Of a stretch of DNA of 64,000 nucleotides, positions 56,525 to 64,000 are shown piece after piece. The notes beneath the pieces were generated by a model. That model was not told the origin of the DNA, searched no databases, and worked only from the letters and a program-made list of their open reading frames with translations. Origin of the DNA: a bacterium (lineage in GTDB: Bacteria > Sysuimicrobiota > Sysuimicrobiia > Sysuimicrobiales > Segetimicrobiaceae); assembly GCA_035934535.1 (NCBI GenBank), contig DASYXS010000091.1:20580-84579 (forward strand). The letters run 5' to 3'. Each line of letters opens with the position of its first letter. Position 1 is the stretch's first letter. The position numbers and the translations under genes were made by a program.

Positions 56525-58012
56525 TCAGGCATGGGCGCCGGCGCGCCTCGCGGCGATCGCGCGCCGGTACGTCTCGACGTACCGCCCGGCGGCGCGGCGC
56601 CACGAGAAGTCCTGTCGCATACCGGTCTGCTGCAGCTGCGTCCAGACGCGGCGGTCGCGGAACGCGCGGAGAGCCCGCTCGACGGCCTCCCGCAACGCGG
56701 CCGGTTCGTACGCCTCGAACACGAATCCATTGGCGACCCCGCGGGCGACGGCGTCCGGGGTCGCGTCGACGATGGTGTCCGCGAGCCCGCCCGTCTCGCG
56801 CACCACCGGGACCGTGCCGTAGCGCAGGCTGTAGAGCTGATTGAGGCCCGACGGCTCGTACCGCGAGGGCATCAGGAACATGTCCGCTCCGGCCTCGATG
56901 CGGTGGGCCAGCGCGTCGTCGAACCCGAGGGTCACGGAGACGCGCCCCGGGTAGCGCGTCCCGAACGCGGCGAAGAGCTCGTGGTACTTGGGCTCGCCGG
57001 TGCCGAGCAGGACGAACTGCGCGCCCGCCGCGATCAGGCGGTCGAGGACGGCGGCCACCAGATCGAAGCCCTTCTGGTCGGCGAGCCGGCTGATCATGCC
57101 GACGAGCGGGGCGTCCGGCGTGTCGTCGAGGCGCTGGGTGCGCCGCAGGTCGCGCGTGCAGACGGCTTTGCCGGTGAGGTCGTCGGCGGTGTAGCGCGCG
57201 GCGATGTGCCCGTCCGTCGACGGGTCCCAGGCGCCGTAGTCGACGCCGTTCAGGATGCCGGCGAGGTCGGCGGCGCGCTCGCGCAGCACGCCTTCGAGTC
57301 CGCACCCGAACTCCGGCGTCTGGATCTCGCGCGCGTACTGCTCGCTCACGGTGCTGAGCCGGTCGGCGAACACCAATCCGCCCTTCAATAGGTTCACCTT
57401 GCCGTAGAACTCGATGCCCTTCGGCGTGAACAGGTGCGGGCCGAGCCCCGTGACCGGCAGGCGCTCCGGCGGAAAGAGTCCCTGGTACGCCAGGTTATGA
57501 ATCGTGAAGAGCGTCGCAGCCCGCTCGAGTCGCCTCGCGCGCCGCTCCTCGCGCAGCCAGACCGGCACGAGGCCCGTCTGCCAGTCCTGACAGTGCAGCA
57601 CGTCCGGCGTCCATTCGAGCCGGTCGGGGAGGGCGAGCACGCCGCGGCCAAAGACCGTGAACCGCTCCAGGTTGTCCTCATAGTCCCTGCCGCCTTCTCC
57701 GTAGAGGCCGGCGCGGCCGAACGACGGATCGTGCGCCACGAGGTAGGCGGGCACGCGCCCGCCGTGCAGCCGGCCCTCAAGAAACTCCACCTCGGTCTGC
57801 GTTGTGCCCAGCGGCACGCCCGCCCGGCCGATCGCCCGAAACCCGAACTTGACCCGATCGATCGACCGGTAGCCGGGCAGCACGACGCGGACGTCGCAGC
57901 CGGTCTCGGTGAGCGCCGCGGGCAGCGCGCCGGCGACGTCGGCGAGTCCCCCCGTCTTGGCGAACGGGACCGCCTCCGAGGTGCAGAACAAAATGCGCAG
58001 TGGCCCGTTCAC
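56525..58012 (-). CDS. glgA: Glycogen (starch) synthase, GT5
   Basis: LRILFCTSEAVPFAKTGGLADVAGALPAAL (KTGGL motif), ..HCQDWQTGLVPVWL.., SRYEPSGLNQLYSLRYGTVPVV. GTG 58012 in a GTGA overlap with the upstream ORF stop. Confidence 0.9.
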   Translation of the reverse strand: MNGPLRILFCTSEAVPFAKTGGLADVAGALPAALTETGCDVRVVLPGYRSIDRVKFGFRAIGRAGVPLGTTQTEVEFLEGRLHGGRVPAYLVAHDPSFGRAGLYGEGGRDYEDNLERFTVFGRGVLALPDRLEWTPDVLHCQDWQTGLVPVWLREERRARRLERAATLFTIHNLAYQGLFPPERLPVTGLGPHLFTPKGIEFYGKVNLLKGGLVFADRLSTVSEQYAREIQTPEFGCGLEGVLRERAADLAGILNGVDYGAWDPSTDGHIAARYTADDLTGKAVCTRDLRRTQRLDDTPDAPLVGMISRLADQKGFDLVAAVLDRLIAAGAQFVLLGTGEPKYHELFAAFGTRYPGRVSVTLGFDDALAHRIEAGADMFLMPSRYEPSGLNQLYSLRYGTVPVVRETGGLADTIVDATPDAVARGVANGFVFEAYEPAALREAVERALRAFRDRRVWTQLQQTGMRQDFSWRRAAGRYVETYRRAIAARRAGAHA

Positions 58013-58470
58013 GGCAGTCGCACCTGTATGGATTCCTCCGCCGCCTGACCGCGGCCGTCGCTCGCGGCGTACGTCCCCGGGCGCGTGAATGTGACGTCGA
58101 GCGTGCCGGCGGACCCGTCGTCCAGCGGGCCGGTCGCGGCGGAGACGCCGGGGCCGGCGACGCGGAACACGCGGGGCGCGCCCGACGCGTTTCGGACGAC
58201 GAACCGCACGGGTCCGGGAAGCAGCAGCATGATGGCGGGATCGATCACGTCCGTGCCGAGGGTGACGTCGATGCGCTGCGGTTCGGCGGCCCGCACCGGC
58301 GGCTTCCAGAAACCCCGCCCGGCCGCGACCGCCGCGAGACCGAGGATGCCCGCGCACAGTACGGCGGCGAGCACGCCGCGGAGGACCGCAACATTCACGG
58401 CCGTTCGGCTTCGTCGCCGTCCGGAGGCGGTCCTCCACGACGTCGATCCCATGGTGGCCAGCCGCGTCAT
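58009..58470 (-). CDS. Membrane-anchored cupredoxin-like fold protein lacking copper ligands
   Basis: N-terminal anchor VLRGVLAAVLCAGILGLAAVAAG, then IDVTLGTDVIDPAIMLLLPGPVRFVVRNASGAPRVFRVAGPGVSAATGPLDDGSAGTLDVTFTRPGTYAA. This pattern resembles cupredoxin-like domains, but no His/Cys/Met ligands are present. Confidence 0.5.
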   Translation of the reverse strand: MTRLATMGSTSWRTASGRRRSRTAVNVAVLRGVLAAVLCAGILGLAAVAAGRGFWKPPVRAAEPQRIDVTLGTDVIDPAIMLLLPGPVRFVVRNASGAPRVFRVAGPGVSAATGPLDDGSAGTLDVTFTRPGTYAASDGRGQAAEESIQVRLP

Positions 58471-58617
58471 TTTCAAGGTGGCCAGCCGCGGGTCGCGCAC
58501 CTCCCCTAGACGCGCGGAAGCGGCAGGAGGTTCCGTCCACCGACCGAAGGATACGAGGTTGCTCGGCGCGCGGGCAAGCCGCGCACGGCCCCGTGGGGCC
58601 TTTGGGGGGAACCAGGG

Positions 58618-59853
58618 ATGCGGATCCGAGGACTTGTCCGTGCCGGGATCGGCGCGCTCGTCGTCCCCGTGCTGCTCGTCGCGCTCGTCACGCCGGGGAG
58701 GCCGGCGGCGATGCCGGAGATCAAAATCGGTACCGTGCTGCCGCTGACCGGGGCGTTCGGCTCGTCGGGCGGGTACTTCAAGCAGGGCTACACCATGGCG
58801 ATCGACGACGTGAACAAGGCCGGCGGGCTCGCGGTCGGCGGCCAGAAGTACCACGTCAACCTGATCGTCCTCGACGACGGCAGCGACGGTACCAGGTCGC
58901 GCAGCCTCGTCGAGAAGCTCGTCACGGACCAGCACGTCAACTTCCTCCTCGGCGGGTACGACACGTCGCTCGTCGAGGCTCAGGAAGTCGTGCCGGACCA
59001 GTACAAGATCCCCTACGTCGAGGGCGGCGGTGCGGCGTCCGAGATCTTCAAGCGCGGCTACAAGTACATCTTTGGGACGCTCGCGACGGTGTACGATCTC
59101 GGCAAGATCACGATGGACTTCATCGGCGCCGAGCAGGCAGCGGGGCGTCTCCCGAAACCGCTGACCATGGCGGTGGTATGGGAGAACACCGATCACGGCA
59201 AGGACTACATCGACGCGATCAGCGACGCGGCGAAGGCCCACCCCGACCTGTACCGCATCGTGCTTAACCAGTCGTTCCAGCTGAACGGCAGCGACTTCTC
59301 GCCGCTGCTGCAGCAGGTCAAAGCGTCGAACGCGGCCGCGTTCCTCTCCGACGCCCACCTGCCCGACTTCATCACGATGCACCGGCAGTATCTGCAGGCC
59401 GGGCTGTATCACCAGTTCGTGTCGTACGGCGCGCGCGGCCCGGATCAGAAGGGCCGGCAGGCGCTCGGCCCCGGCGCGGACTACCTCATCGCGGGGCTGT
59501 GGTGGACCCCGGCGCTCAAGGACCCGGCGTCGCAGCTGTTCACCGACCGCTGGAAGAAACAGTACAACGTGATTCCGGACTGGTTCCAGGCGCTCTCCTA
59601 CGAGACGGCGCGCGCGCTCTTCGCCGGCATCGGGAACGCCGGAACGCTCGATGGTCCGAAGGTCCGCGACGCGCTGGCGCACCTGACCCTGCGGTCGATG
59701 CTTCCGGGCGGGGTGATCAAGTTCCAGCCGAACGGCCAGGTCGCCACGCCGTACGTCATCGTGCAAAACACCCCCGGCAACACCGTACAGATCGTCTGGC
59801 CGCGCAACCTGCCGGAAACGCGGGCGGCGACGCTGCCGATGCCGAGGCCATAA
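58618..59853 (+). CDS. Branched-chain amino acid-type ABC substrate-binding protein (LivJ/Peripla_BP_6-like)
   Basis: Signal peptide, then IKIGTVLPLTGAFGSSGGYFKQGYTMAIDDVNKAGGL.., NFLLGGYDTSLV. Confidence 0.85.
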   Translation: MRIRGLVRAGIGALVVPVLLVALVTPGRPAAMPEIKIGTVLPLTGAFGSSGGYFKQGYTMAIDDVNKAGGLAVGGQKYHVNLIVLDDGSDGTRSRSLVEKLVTDQHVNFLLGGYDTSLVEAQEVVPDQYKIPYVEGGGAASEIFKRGYKYIFGTLATVYDLGKITMDFIGAEQAAGRLPKPLTMAVVWENTDHGKDYIDAISDAAKAHPDLYRIVLNQSFQLNGSDFSPLLQQVKASNAAAFLSDAHLPDFITMHRQYLQAGLYHQFVSYGARGPDQKGRQALGPGADYLIAGLWWTPALKDPASQLFTDRWKKQYNVIPDWFQALSYETARALFAGIGNAGTLDGPKVRDALAHLTLRSMLPGGVIKFQPNGQVATPYVIVQNTPGNTVQIVWPRNLPETRAATLPMPRP

Positions 59854-59894
59854 GCCGGGTGCCTGACGCGGGTGGCCCGCCGGTCTAGCCGGAG

Positions 59895-60776
59895 GTGTTC
59901 ACCGCTCAAAACCTGATCTCGATCTGCATCACTTCGATCTTGACGGCGGGGCTGTACGCGGTGATGTCGTACGGCCTCGCCATCATTTACGGCGTGATGA
60001 AGGTCATCAACCTGAGCAACGCCGGCTTCCTCATGCTCGGGGCGTTCATGACGCTCGTCTACTCGCAGGCGTGGCACCTCGATCCGATCGCCGGCGCGTT
60101 TCTCAACATGCCGCTCTTCTTCCTGGCCGGGTGGGCCGTCTACGTGCTCCTGGTCCGGCGCGTGCGGCAGGCGCTGCCGATCGCCTCGCTGCTCATGCTC
60201 TTCGGGCTGTGGCTCGTGCTGCAGAACGTGGCGCTCTCAGTGTGGGGGAGCGAAGATCAGTCGATCATCACCCGCTACACTTACAAGGCGCTGTCGTTCT
60301 TCGACTATCGGCTCGCCGTCACGCGGCTCGTCGTCTTCGCCGTCGCGCTCGTCGTGATGGCGCTGTTGCACGTGCTGCTCAACCACACCTACGTCGGCAA
60401 GGCGCTCCGCGCGACGGTGCAGGATCCGCAGGCCGCCCTGCTCGCCGGGATCGACACGGAGCGAATCAGCGCGCTCGCGTTCGGCATCGGCACGGCGTTC
60501 GCCGGGTTCGCGGGGGGCCTGATGACGCTGTTGTTCAGCTTCACGCCGGACTTCGGCGCCCCGTTTCAATTGAAGAGCTTTACCATCATCGTGCTCGGGG
60601 GTCTCGAGAATCTCGCCGGCGTGACCATCGGGGCGGCGATCCTCGCGTTCGCCGAGTCGTTCGCGGTGCTGTTCATGCGGGCCAGCCTGCAAAACGTCGT
60701 CGCGTACGCGCTGCTCGTCGTCGCCCTCATCGTCATGCCCGGCGGCGTCACCTCCGTATTCGGGCGGCGGTCGTGA
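59895..60776 (+). CDS. livH: Branched-chain amino acid ABC transporter permease
   Basis: ..GLYAVMSYGLAIIYGVMKVINLSNAGFLMLGAF.. and ..TIIVLGGLENLAGVTIGA... GTG is the first start after the in-frame stop. Confidence 0.85.
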   Translation: MFTAQNLISICITSILTAGLYAVMSYGLAIIYGVMKVINLSNAGFLMLGAFMTLVYSQAWHLDPIAGAFLNMPLFFLAGWAVYVLLVRRVRQALPIASLLMLFGLWLVLQNVALSVWGSEDQSIITRYTYKALSFFDYRLAVTRLVVFAVALVVMALLHVLLNHTYVGKALRATVQDPQAALLAGIDTERISALAFGIGTAFAGFAGGLMTLLFSFTPDFGAPFQLKSFTIIVLGGLENLAGVTIGAAILAFAESFAVLFMRASLQNVVAYALLVVALIVMPGGVTSVFGRRS

Positions 60777-61780
60777 AGGCCGCCGGCCTTCGCCCGGCAG
60801 CCGCGGCCGCGCCGGCCCTCGGGGTCGCGCTCGCCCTCGTGCCGCTCATCGCCCCGCACAACATCACCGTGCTCAACCTGGGATTTTTCACGTTTCTGTA
60901 CGTCGCGCAGGGCCTGGCCTGGAATATCCTCGGTGGTTTCGCGGGCTACATCTCCTTCGGGTACGCGGCGTTCTTCGGGCTCGGGGCCTATACCACGGCG
61001 CTCCTGTGGCTGCACGGCTGGACGCCGGTGCTCACGTTTCCACTCGCCGGCCTCTGCGCCGCGGCGTTCTCGCTCGTCGTCGGCGTGCCGACGCTGCGCC
61101 TGATCGGGCCGTACTTCTCGATCGCCACGATCGGGGTCGGGGAAGCGATGCGGATTCTTATGCTCAACCTCGACAAGGTCACCGGCGGCGCCTCCGGCCT
61201 CAACCTGCCGACGGTGGTGCCGTCGAAGGGCTGGTTCTATCTGGCGGCCCTCGCCATCGCCGCCGTCGCGTACGTGACGGCGGTGTGGGTCCGCGGTTCC
61301 CGGTTCGGTCTCGGGCTCGCGGCGCTGCGGATGGACCAGGACGCGGCGGAGACGCTCGGTGTGCGCACCGCGCTATTCAAGAACGTGGCGCACGTGATCA
61401 GCGCCTTTCTGGTGGGCGTCTGCGGAGGGCTCTTCGCGATGTACTTCCAGTACCTGCATCCGGACAACGTCTTCAGTTTCACGGAGAGCATCAGTCTGGT
61501 CTTGATCGCACTGATCGGGGGGATCGGCACGATCTGGGGGCCGATCCTCGGCGCCGCCGTGTTCTTTGCCGTGCAGGACTATCTGCAAACATCGTACCCG
61601 GCCTTCCACCTGCTCGTGTATGGGGTGCTGCTGATCGTCATTCTGCTGTTCGAGCCGCGGGGCCTCGCCGGACTCGCGGCGCGGCTCGCCGGGCGCCGCC
61701 GAGTCCCCGCGCCGGTCGCGGTAACGCCGGCCGCCCCGGGAACGGTAGCGCCGCCGCCGGCGCAGGGAGGCGCCTTGTGA
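60773..61780 (+). CDS. livM: Branched-chain amino acid ABC transporter permease
   Basis: ..YVAQGLAWNILGGFAGYISFGYAAFFGLGAYT.., ..LVLIALIGGIGTIWGPILGA... GTGA overlap with the livH stop. The listed ORF 60071.. is an out-of-gene 5' extension. Confidence 0.85.
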   Translation: MKAAGLRPAAAAAPALGVALALVPLIAPHNITVLNLGFFTFLYVAQGLAWNILGGFAGYISFGYAAFFGLGAYTTALLWLHGWTPVLTFPLAGLCAAAFSLVVGVPTLRLIGPYFSIATIGVGEAMRILMLNLDKVTGGASGLNLPTVVPSKGWFYLAALAIAAVAYVTAVWVRGSRFGLGLAALRMDQDAAETLGVRTALFKNVAHVISAFLVGVCGGLFAMYFQYLHPDNVFSFTESISLVLIALIGGIGTIWGPILGAAVFFAVQDYLQTSYPAFHLLVYGVLLIVILLFEPRGLAGLAARLAGRRRVPAPVAVTPAAPGTVAPPPAQGGAL

Positions 61781-62562
61781 GCGCGCCGGCGCCGGATTTC
61801 GGCGCGGCGACCATGACCTCGAGTCCCCTTGTCCTGGAGCACGTCACGAAGCGGTTCGGCGGGCTCGTCGCCGTCGAAAGCGTGACGGTGGCCGTCGAGT
61901 CGGGGAAGATCACGGGCCTTATCGGTCCGAACGGGGCCGGGAAGACCACGATCTTCAGCGTGGTCAGCGGGCACCTCGCGCCGACCACCGGTCGGGTCGT
62001 GGCGCTGGGGCACGACATCACCGGCTGGTCGCCGCACGCCGTCTGCCGCCTCGGCCTGTGCGTGACCCACCAGCTCGTCCGGCCGTTCCCCGATCTCTCG
62101 GTGTTGGAGAACGTCATGGTCGGCGCCGCCTTCGGCGGCGGCGCACGGATCGCCGCCCGCGACGCGCGGCGCGAGGCGATGGCCGTCCTCGACTTCGCGG
62201 GGCTCGCGGCGCGCGCCGAGCAGCCGGCCTCCGCGCTGACCCTGGCGCAGCGCAAGCGGCTCGAGATCGCCCGGGCGCTCGCGACCCGCCCGTCCGTGCT
62301 GCTGCTCGACGAAGTCCTGGCGGGGCTGACGCCCTCTGAGGTCGTGCAGGCCGTAACGCTCGTGCGCCAAATCTCGGCGCGGGGGATCACGATCGTGATG
62401 ATCGAGCACGTCATGCACGCGGTGATGAACCTCTCCCACCGGGTGCTGGTGCTCAACTACGGCCGGCTGATCGCCGACGGCACGCCGGCGGAGGTCACGG
62501 GCAACCGCGAAGTGATTGAGGCGTACCTCGGCGCCGGAGGGGACGAGACGCCCCATGACTGA
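61777..62562 (+). CDS. livG: Branched-chain amino acid ABC transporter ATP-binding protein
   Basis: LEHVTKRFGGLVAVESV.., Walker A GPNGAGKTT, LTLAQRKRLEIARALA, LLLDEVLAGL. GTG 61777 (GGAGG 6 nt upstream, GTGA overlap); ATG 61813 is an alternative. Confidence 0.88.
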   Translation: MSAPAPDFGAATMTSSPLVLEHVTKRFGGLVAVESVTVAVESGKITGLIGPNGAGKTTIFSVVSGHLAPTTGRVVALGHDITGWSPHAVCRLGLCVTHQLVRPFPDLSVLENVMVGAAFGGGARIAARDARREAMAVLDFAGLAARAEQPASALTLAQRKRLEIARALATRPSVLLLDEVLAGLTPSEVVQAVTLVRQISARGITIVMIEHVMHAVMNLSHRVLVLNYGRLIADGTPAEVTGNREVIEAYLGAGGDETPHD

Positions 62563-63289
62563 CCGCGCGCCCAACGGATCCCCGCTCCTCGAGGTCGCGG
62601 GCGTCGCCGCGGCCTACGGCGAGGTGCGCGCGCTGTGGGACGTCTCGTTTGCCGTGCGCGAGGGCGAGATCGTGACGCTGCTCGGCGCGAACGGGGCCGG
62701 CAAGACCACGACGATGCGGGTGATCTCGGGACTGCTGCGGCCGCTCACCGGCGAGGTCCGGCTCGGCGGCCGGCCGATCCAACGGCTGCGCGCCCCGGCG
62801 ATCGTCGCGGCGGGGATCATTCAGATTCCGGAGGGCCGCCGGCTGTGGCCGCGCATGACGGTGCTGGAGAACCTCGAGCTCGGCGCGTACCTGCCGGAGA
62901 GCCGCGCGCGCAAGCCGCAGACGCTCGAGTGGGTGCTCTCGCTCTTCCCGCGGCTCGGGGAGCGCCGCGCGCAGCTGGCCGGGACCCTCTCCGGCGGCGA
63001 GCAGCAGATGCTCGCGATCGGCCGCGGCCTGATGGGCCGTCCCCGCCTCCTGATGCTGGACGAGCCGTCCCTCGGCCTCGCGCCGATTTTGGTCAAGGAA
63101 GTGTTCCGCATCGTGCGCCAGATCAACGCGGAGGGCGTGACGGTGCTGCTCGTCGAGCAGAACGTCCACCAGGCGCTCGAAGTCGCCGCGCGCGGCTACG
63201 TGCTCGAGACCGGCCGGATCACGCGGTCCGGCTCGGCCGCGGATCTGCTTCAAGATCCGGAGATCAAGCGCGCCTACCTGGGCCGGTAA
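62555..63289 (+). CDS. livF: Branched-chain amino acid ABC transporter ATP-binding protein
   Basis: LLEVAGVAAAYGEVRALWDVSF.., GANGAGKTTT, LSGGEQQMLAIGRGLM, LMLDEPSLGLAP. Confidence 0.88.
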   Translation: MTDRAPNGSPLLEVAGVAAAYGEVRALWDVSFAVREGEIVTLLGANGAGKTTTMRVISGLLRPLTGEVRLGGRPIQRLRAPAIVAAGIIQIPEGRRLWPRMTVLENLELGAYLPESRARKPQTLEWVLSLFPRLGERRAQLAGTLSGGEQQMLAIGRGLMGRPRLLMLDEPSLGLAPILVKEVFRIVRQINAEGVTVLLVEQNVHQALEVAARGYVLETGRITRSGSAADLLQDPEIKRAYLGR

Positions 63290-63369
63290 ACATCGTCACG
63301 CGCCAGGCAGGATTCGATTTTCGCCGGACGAACTCCACGGCACCGATCGAGATCGCGTGAGGGGGGACC

Positions 63370-64000
63370 ATGATGTCCGAGCGTCGCACCGCCCGGTTCA
63401 CCAGGCGTCAGGTGATCACCGCCGGCGGCGTCCTCGCGGGGGCGTTCGCCGCGGCGCGGTTCGGGGCGCGGCCCGCGTTCGGGGCGCCCCCGCCGGAGGT
63501 CGTGTTCACCACCGATCAGCTCATCCCGCTGCAGGAGCAGGAGTGGGCACGCACCAGCTTGATGGCCGGGTTCACGAAGACGACCGGCATCCCGGTGCGG
63601 CTGATCGCGGAGGGAGACGGGCCGTACGTCGACCGCCTGGTCGCGGAGGCGAAGGCCGGACGCGGCACCATCAGCGCGACCGGGGCCCTGCATGGTCTCT
63701 ATCCCATCATGATCAGCGCCAATCTGATCCGCGACATGGCGCCGGTCCAGAAGCAGCTCGACGCGATGAAGGACCGGACGTTCTACAAGGATCTGCTGGC
63801 GGCGTCCCGCATGGGCGGGATGCAGGCGTTCATCCCGTGGATGCAGGCGACCTACGCGTTCGCGGCCGCCAAATCGGCGCTCCAGTACTTCCCGAGCGGC
63901 CGCAACCCGATGCGCATGACCTACGATGATCTGTTCCAGTGGGGCCAGAACATCCAGAAGGCTACCGGCCAGCGGCGGCTCGGGTTTCCGGTCGGCCCGA
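63370..64000 (+). CDS. Tat-signal extracellular solute-binding protein (family 1-like), 3'-truncated by window edge
   Basis: Not in the ORF track because it is open to the window end. ATG 63370 gives MMSERRTARFTRRQVITAGGVLAGAFAAA.. (twin-arginine motif). I checked 210 codons by hand and found no stop, with high GC3. The listed ORF 63357..63929 is in another frame. Confidence 0.7.
   Translation, partial: MMSERRTARFTRRQVITAGGVLAGAFAAARFGARPAFGAPPPEVVFTTDQLIPLQEQEWARTSLMAGFTKTTGIPVRLIAEGDGPYVDRLVAEAKAGRGTISATGALHGLYPIMISANLIRDMAPVQKQLDAMKDRTFYKDLLAASRMGGMQAFIPWMQATYAFAAAKSALQYFPSGRNPMRMTYDDLFQWGQNIQKATGQRRLGFPVGP

Noticed and set aside
63357-63929. Listed 190-aa ORF at the window end.
   Set aside because: Arg/Gly-rich with no motifs. 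The +1 frame from ATG 63370 gives a convincing Tat-signal solute-binding protein that stays open to nt 64000.

Overview
Gene-dense, very GC-rich (about 70% by eye) chromosomal segment. No rRNA, tRNA, CRISPR array, transposase, integrase or phage genes were recognised. A T-box leader, a monoderm-type Tad operon without a secretin, and the GlgE pathway suggest a high-GC Terrabacteria-like lineage (Actinobacteria, Chloroflexi or a high-GC Firmicutes relative); this placement is inference. Content in order: the 3' part of a Tad/Flp pilus operon (tadZ-cpaF-tadB-tadC); a small interrupted coiled-coil gene; two tandem paralogous secreted proteins; T-box-controlled metG; a low-GC 952-aa patatin-like phospholipase; a tightly coupled rsmI-dapA-like-hom-thrC-thrB-lysC operon; a CGNR zinc-finger regulator divergent from a SHOCT/CBS/tail-anchored/HhH-GPD glycosylase set; a large alpha-glucan cluster (GH57-like protein with TrkA_C, glgE, treS-pep2, treZ, pdxA-like, GH57 amylase); MFS plus glcD/F/E; DUF488, GNAT, DUF2182 and DUF1326; two family-5 ABC importer loci without ATPase genes, associated with intact, core-less and decayed amidohydrolase copies; creatininase-family and M32 carboxypeptidase genes; a cupredoxin-like-glgA-galT-like operon; a complete liv-type ABC transporter; and a 3'-truncated Tat-signal solute-binding protein. 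I did not find an obvious multi-gene defence or mobile system. The best candidates for novelty are the compositionally foreign membrane-anchored patatin gene, the GH57-like/TrkA_C fusion next to glgE, the amidohydrolase decay series, the Tad-adjacent tandem secreted paralogs, and the ligand-less cupredoxin coupled to glgA. All functional calls come from motif recognition by eye, not database searches.
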